From: Guillardia theta CCMP2712
Taxonomy: Eukaryota > Protista > Cryptophyta
Length of the DNA: 64,000 nucleotides
Assembly (NCBI RefSeq): GCF_000315625.1
Contig: NW_005434661.1
Span: 484,878-548,877 of the forward strand
Direction: 5' to 3'
A program made the position numbers and the translations under genes. The notes beneath the pieces were generated by a model, which worked only from the letters and a program-made list of their open reading frames with translations, made no database searches and had not been told where the DNA came from. Position 1 is the first letter of the stretch. Every line of letters begins with the position of its first letter. Shown here piece by piece: positions 58,190 through 64,000 of this stretch.

Positions 58190-60775
58190 TAGGATAGTCT
58201 GACTTCTCCGGGTGGATCCATGCGGGCAGTGGGCGGGTCTACGTGTACATCTTGGAGGAGAGAGAGGATAGTTTCTTCAACGTCAACCCCTCGTTCCACC
58301 GTTTCCTCACCCCCGAGTCCCTTGCCGTCCTCTCAAACCGCCTCACATGTTTCTTCGACGGCTTTTCTCGCCTTGGAGGTAAAATTGCATGTCATGCAAG
58401 AAGAGGCAGGGAGCAAGTCAAGTCACTTGTTGATCGCCGAGTCCTCTCGCAGCCTCTGCGAGTCCGGCTTCCACTTGCCCTTGCTCGCCTTCCTTACCGC
58501 TGCCAGTTCCTTCATCCTCTGCCTGCGCCGCAGAACGAGTGACCTCAACTCTTCCTGCATACCAGCAGGCTGGTACCTGTGCTCCTCAGTCTTCCTTTGG
58601 TTGGTTTCTGCCTTCTCGATCTGAAACTGCATCCTCGACCTGGAGCGACAGGTTCATCCCCTCCCTCTCCTCCGCTTTCGGACCTCGGAAAGAAAGTGTC
58701 GTCGCCTGGTTTCAGTCTGTTGAAAACCTGCGAGCTCTCCGTCACAGGCGAAGCGAAGCATCTCAAGAGCAAGTCCTACCCGCACTCGCTGCTTCTCTAT
58801 GTGATCAAGCATCTCCTGGGCTGTTGCAAAGTAGCTGCCGTCGTACATACAACGGAAGGGCCTTTCCCTCTCCGGCAGATTACTGAAGAAACAAAATCAT
58901 TATCTTCCCCCCACCTCCCCCCCCCTCCTTCTTCTGAAGTGTTGGTCTAAATAATCTACATCATCATGAGAATCTCCATCTTCATTTGCGTCCTCGTCCT
59001 CATCAATACACTGGAACATAAAACCCCGAAATGTATCACCTCACAATCTTCACAGCTGACTGCTCCTTGAAATCATCGTCCTGCATGGGAGGAGGCGGAA
59101 GTTCTGTGCCGATGAAATCTTCCGTCTGCCATGCCTTGGTGAGAGTCAGTTCAGACCAAACGATTGGCTCACCAGGGTGGCAAAGGCAGCGCTTGTTTGC
59201 GATGTTTGTTGCTGCAAGAGGGAATGAAAGTCAAGGTATGGCCCATCTCTGTCAAAAGTCAGTGTACCTGAATGAGAGATTCCAACTCAGGGTCTTCGTT
59301 CTGAAAGTCAGATGTCAGACCAGAAGATACATCACACGATCGGTTGGCATGACGTGGGTCGTGATATCAAATCATATTTCCTTACATCACCTCACATCAC
59401 ATTTTTCATCATGTCATGCCACGTCAAAAATATGAATGTGCTGAGCATCACGACGCGACTTCAGAGATATGGACTAGGTCGTTCACCTCATCATCATCAT
59501 CATCATCATCATCCTCGTCTTCCTGCTCCTCTTCCCCTTCTGAACAGGACATGCTGTCTTTGCGTTTGCTTGCGCCTCGTTCCAGCCTCGCCATCTTTGC
59601 ATCCGCCTCCTTGTTAGGCTGAGCATTTCCGATCTTCTTCTCTATGATCTTCTGCTCTTTCAGCTTCCTCAAGTTCTGCAAATGTCTCGGAATGAGTCCT
59701 TTACACAGCGGAGGAGGGGGACGGGGAGCAGGAGGACGAGCACAACGAGTACCTCTATCTCTTGCATCAGCTCTGCTATTCGTTTCTTCTTGCTCTCAAG
59801 CTCACTTTCTTCCTCATCTCCTCTCAAGGATTGGCTCGACCCTGTTGCGACAAGGGACATCAGAACTGAAGTTCAAACTATATCACTGCTCACTTCCATC
59901 ATCTTCCAAGCTCTCATCGTCAACTTCGTCTTCACTAGTGCTGTCTTCCATGTCCCTATTCTTACGCTTGCCCGGTTTTGATGCGCCTTTTAGCTCTTTC
60001 CTCTTCGTCTTCTTCTTGGCATGTTGCTTTGCATCGCTTCTGTGCTGTGAGGATGCTTCTTCGTCCACATCCTTCATCTTCATCGTCGACGCCTCACCAT
60101 CGCCGGTCCCAGACGCATCGTCGGATCCTTCGTGGGAGGACAACTTCTCGTGGAATATCTTTGCCAACTCTGCAGAATTTCTGAACTTGTTTGTCATACC
60201 CTCTCCAAAACTTCCATAACTCCGACGAAATGCTGCTTGCCAGGTCGAGTGCTTCGTGTCTGAATCTCCCGAGTGGTCGTCTGCATTCGCCTCTGTCGTC
60301 TTCTTACCTCCACCCCGTAACCTGGGGCCGTGAAAATTCAGCAGACATCAGTGATACTCTTTCATCTTCTTCCCCTTACTTCTTTCCTCCCATAGTTCGT
60401 TCCCCTCCTTCCTCAGTTCTGCCTTCTCTACGATCACTCTCCCCTACTATCAGCCCCTCGTTCTATCATCCTAGTCCCTTCTCCCTCCCTCCCTCCCTCC
60501 CTCCCTCCTTCTCCCACCCACGCACGCACCCACCCACCCACAATCCCTCCCTCCCTCCCTCCCTCCCTCCCTACTGCCATCCCCCTTATCGCTCCCCGCT
60601 TTCCGCTATCTCCCGCCTCTCTCTTCTCTCTCCTCCCTTTTCTCTCTCTCTCTCACCTCAGCATCGGCTCCTCCTTCATCGCCATCTCCTTCATCGGCTC
60701 CTTCTTCATCGGCTCCTCCTTCATCGCCATCCCCGTCGCCACCAACCACATCATTGCGACTCCTGCCATGCGCAT
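58190..60775 (-). CDS. Signal-peptide + LRLRGG protein with highly charged (Lys/Asp/Glu) body
   Basis: Exon 1 (60775-60657) reads MRMAGVAMMWLVATGMAMKEEPM...ML-AG. A GT-AG intron spans 60656-60322. Exon 2 continues G-TTA-CGG-GGT-GGA, giving LRLRGGGKK in frame with ORF 59883-60197. Further exons lie near 59700-59860, 59450-59680, 58650-58850 and 58420-58630. Confidence 0.7.
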
Positions 60776-61312
60776 CCCGGATCACGCCCAACCAACACAT
60801 TTTCATCACCCTCATACTCAGTCCTGGTGCCAAATCTACTTGAGTGATAAAGATCACTAATGAGAAATTGCTGTCTTTTACATTTGATATGCTATTGCTC
60901 TCCGGCGAGCTTGGTACCTTGTTCCTGTCGGACGTGTCATGGTGTGAAGCGACGGGTTGTGGCGACAGCCATGAACGAGGAAAGAGAGAGAAGGAGAGGA
61001 GAGGACAAGATGACAAGCTAGTGAGAGGATGAGGCAGTGAGTAGAGCAAGCAACAGGGAGGTAGGCTGACAGAGAGTGGGTCTTGAAAAGTGGGAGCGAT
61101 CATTTGCGAGGAGACGTGGGGTTTGAGGTGACCGACCTTGAGACCGACCTGGCGCTGTGGCGGGGAGACGACGACATGCTGGTGGGATGATCCTTTCATG
61201 GTCGTTGCAAGGTCCCTGACTCTTATCAGATTGACGGAGAGGACGCGTATAAGTATCCCACCTGTCCATTGAAACTCTCTTCACACCTTTGCCTCCCAGG
61301 ACGGCTCCCGGC

Positions 61313-62249
61313 ATGGAGGCGCTGCTCGATGAGAAGGCCCTACTCTCGTCCATGGCTGATTGCACAGTCGAGGAGGAAGCAGACAAGGGGCCGCCAGAAA
61401 ACCTTGTGAGACCTGGTGCTGTTGCGTCAGGGAGAGTCGTTTGACTTGCGGACAGGATTCGTTTGTTGTAGATGAGTGGCCCAACGACGATCGTCCGCGC
61501 GAGAAGGCATGCCTGCTTCCTCTCCCTACCAACCTCATCTCTCTCTCCCTCTTTTCTCATCTCCCCCTCCTTCTCACCTCCTTTCCCTCGTCTCCTCCTC
61601 CTCCCTCCTCCCTCATCTCTCACTTCATCAGCTTGCTAGTCTGTTTGCAGGTAACCAAATCTGCAGGTCTCGATGCAGCTGGACAACAACGACTTCTACG
61701 ACGGCGAGGTACTGGACGGGCTGATGGACGGGCGGGGACGATACACGTTCTCCGACGGGTGAGAGAGACGATCGTCTCCTCGTCGATGACGTGGTGATAG
61801 GAACGTCTACGTCGGAGAGTGGGTGCGAGGGAAGAAGCAGGGGACCGGCACCTTCACCTGGTCCAACGGCGACGTCTACGAGGGAACGTGGCTAGACGGC
61901 AAGATGCACGGGTGATGCCCTGCTGGTGGTGGTGGTGGTGGTGGTTGTGGTTGTGGTGGTTCTAACACTCTGCGAGCAGGCATGGGAGGCTTGTGCTCAA
62001 GGACAAGTGATGCTCCTGCTGCTTGTCGCTGCTGCCCGTGTGACCTTCGCTGGCAGAATGATCTACGAGGGGGAGTGGCAGGAGGGGAAGTGCCATGGGA
62101 AGGGGAACTGCCGTTACCAGAACGGTCAGAGGAGGCGGATCGAGCTCTCCCCTCCCTCATGTTCACGCAGGCGACAAGTTCTCTGGGGAATTCCGGGATG
62201 GTAAGAGATTCGGCCAAGGGAAGCTCGTACAAGTAGAGGTAGTTTCTAT

Positions 62250-62300
<51 letters not shown>

Positions 62301-63641
62301 GCTCCTGCTCCTCTTGCTCCTCACGTTCTTTAGGGCTACACGTGGGAGGGAAACTGGCGGGGCAACGCGATGGAGGGGCAGGGGACCTGCAAGTATCCTT
62401 CAGGTGAGGCCCTCTGCTCTCTGCTGCCTCTGACTGACATGACGCGGTAGGAGATGAGTACGAGGGCGAATGGAAGGAATCAAAGAGACATGGGAAGGGC
62501 ATACAGGTCCGTCCTCCTCCTCCTCCTCCTCCTCCTCCTCCTCCTCCTCCTTCTCCTCCTCCTCCGCTTCCTCGTACCTCTACTCTCTGCCGTTGACGCC
62601 TGAACGTCATGGCAGCGTTANNNNNNNNNNNNNNNNNNNNNNNNNNNNNNNNNNNNNNNNNNNNNNNNNNNNNNNNNNNNNNNNNNNNNNNNNNNNNNNN
62701 NNNNNNNNNNNNNNNNNNNNNNNNNNNNNNNNNNNNNNNNNNNNNNNNNNNNNNNNNNAGGGGGATGATGACTGAGAGCAGGAGTGCTGGAGGCTTCGGA
62801 TGGGAGTAAGTTTGTCGGGGAGTGGAAGGATGGGATGATGCACTCGGAGACTGCAAAACTCTCGCGCCTCCTCACGCAGGACGGAAGTGTCTATGAAGGA
62901 TCCTTCAAGGCCGGGCTGCGCGATGGCAAGGTGGACTTTCCTTCCCTTCTCCCTGCCTATCTCCCGCTTCTCCTCCTCTTCCTCTTCCCTCCTCCTCTTC
63001 CTCGTTGCTGCCCTCACCGTCGCGAGCAGGGGAGGATGAAGTACTGCAGCGGGGACTCGTACGAAGGTGACTGGAGGGCCAACAAGAAGCACGGAGCAGG
63101 CGCATACAGCTGGGCAAGGGGGATGAAGTTCAGGGGGAAGTGGCAGGTGCAGGGCCCGCGTCCTCCCCCGCGTCGCTCTGACGTCAGTCCAGGAGGGGAG
63201 GATGCATGGCAACGGGACGATGGTCTACCCTGACGGCCATGTGTACGAGGGAGGCTTCATCGACAACGTTCCCAACGGCCATGGAGTGCTGACGAGGAGG
63301 GGAAACAAGACCGAGGGAAAGTGGCAGGTGAGGAGGAGGGTGAGAAGAGGATGCTGGTGGGGAGCAAGGGAGGGTCGGCGGTGGAAGAAAGGGGGGGGGA
63401 GAGAAGGGAAGGGGGGAAGAAGGAGAAACGGAGGAGAAGAGGAAGTAGAGGAGGGAGAGTTGTGTCCCGTGACTGGCGGTCAGGACGGGAAGCTGATCGC
63501 AAGGTGGGAAGGGAAACCTCCGATGCTCAAGGTCTGTCTCGTGCTGGGAGGAGCAAGAGCTGACGTGGGGAGCAGGAGATAGACCCGTTCAGCGCTGAGA
63601 GCATCCAGTTGCCCTCCATCCCTGACATCTGCGAGCCATGA
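61313..63641 (+). CDS. MORN-repeat protein
   Basis: Repeats of Y.GEW..GK.HG.G type, e.g. VYVGEWVRGKKQGTGTFTWSNGDVYEGTWLDGKMHG and SYEGDWRANKKHGAG. Many introns; spans an N-gap. Confidence 0.92.
62621..62758. other. Assembly gap (N run)
   Basis: Run of N. Confidence 0.99.
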
Positions 63642-63649
63642 GCGAGTCC

Positions 63650-64000
63650 TGTGACAGCATGGTGGAGCTCGTCCGAAGTGCTAGGGCCACCAATACAAGT
63701 TTGTACATGCTCCTCTCTCTCTATCTATCTATCTCCCCCCCCCCCCACTCCCTCCCCTACCCGTCTTCCTTGCCCTTACAGCTTGCCTCCCACCTCCAGC
63801 AGCCCCTCCGCCTGCAGGTACCTGCGGCTCAACGTCATCCTGACGCGCGACCCCCACCGGCCCTGACATCTCTCGCAGCTGGTAGATCCGCTGCATCGCT
63901 CGAACTTCCATTGGCGTCAAGTCCGCAAAGTTCCAGAAGTCCACATGGAGCACAACCTGTAGCGATAGCGAGTGAGAGGAGGAGGAATATGGGAAGGGGG
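63650..64000 (-). CDS. 3' exons of an unidentified gene entering from the right edge
   Basis: Exon VVLHVDFWNFADLTPMEVRAMQRIYQLREMSG...QDDVEPQ bounded by AG/GT. Confidence 0.4.

Overview
Gene-dense, intron-rich eukaryotic nuclear DNA, not prokaryotic. It has short GT-AG introns (about 40-60 nt, often with a CTGAC branch site), (GAGGA)n/(CTG)n microsatellites and two N-gaps; the style fits a cryptophyte alga such as Guillardia theta (inference). About 22 genes can be read. Identified ones: a KDM4-type JmjN/JmjC-PWWP demethylase, CstF-64, a SAM methyltransferase, an XRCC1-like protein, a myosin, a CaaX EF-hand protein, a PKD2/TRPP channel, a GPI-type Frizzled-CRD protein, a cNMP/IQ/ZU5 protein, CEP135/Bld10, a stand-alone RapZ C-terminal domain, a tandem PDZ protein, a MYCBP2-type RING-Cys-relay E3, a LysM protein, a TMEM260-like protein, a VTT/DedA protein, a C-CAP protein and a MORN protein. 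Four observations stand out. (1) Intergenic GC-rich islands hold copies of one dispersed repeat that differ by many tiny insertions, most forming local palindromes, suggesting recurrent hairpin or template-switch repair. (2) Two unrelated genes encode a signal peptide followed by the ubiquitin C-terminal motif (L)RLRGG/LRGG. (3) The compact RCR ligase keeps both relay cysteines and has SUMO-interaction motifs. (4) Sense-strand GGGT(A/G) tracts lie upstream of most genes. All gene models were spliced by eye, so outer boundaries are approximate.
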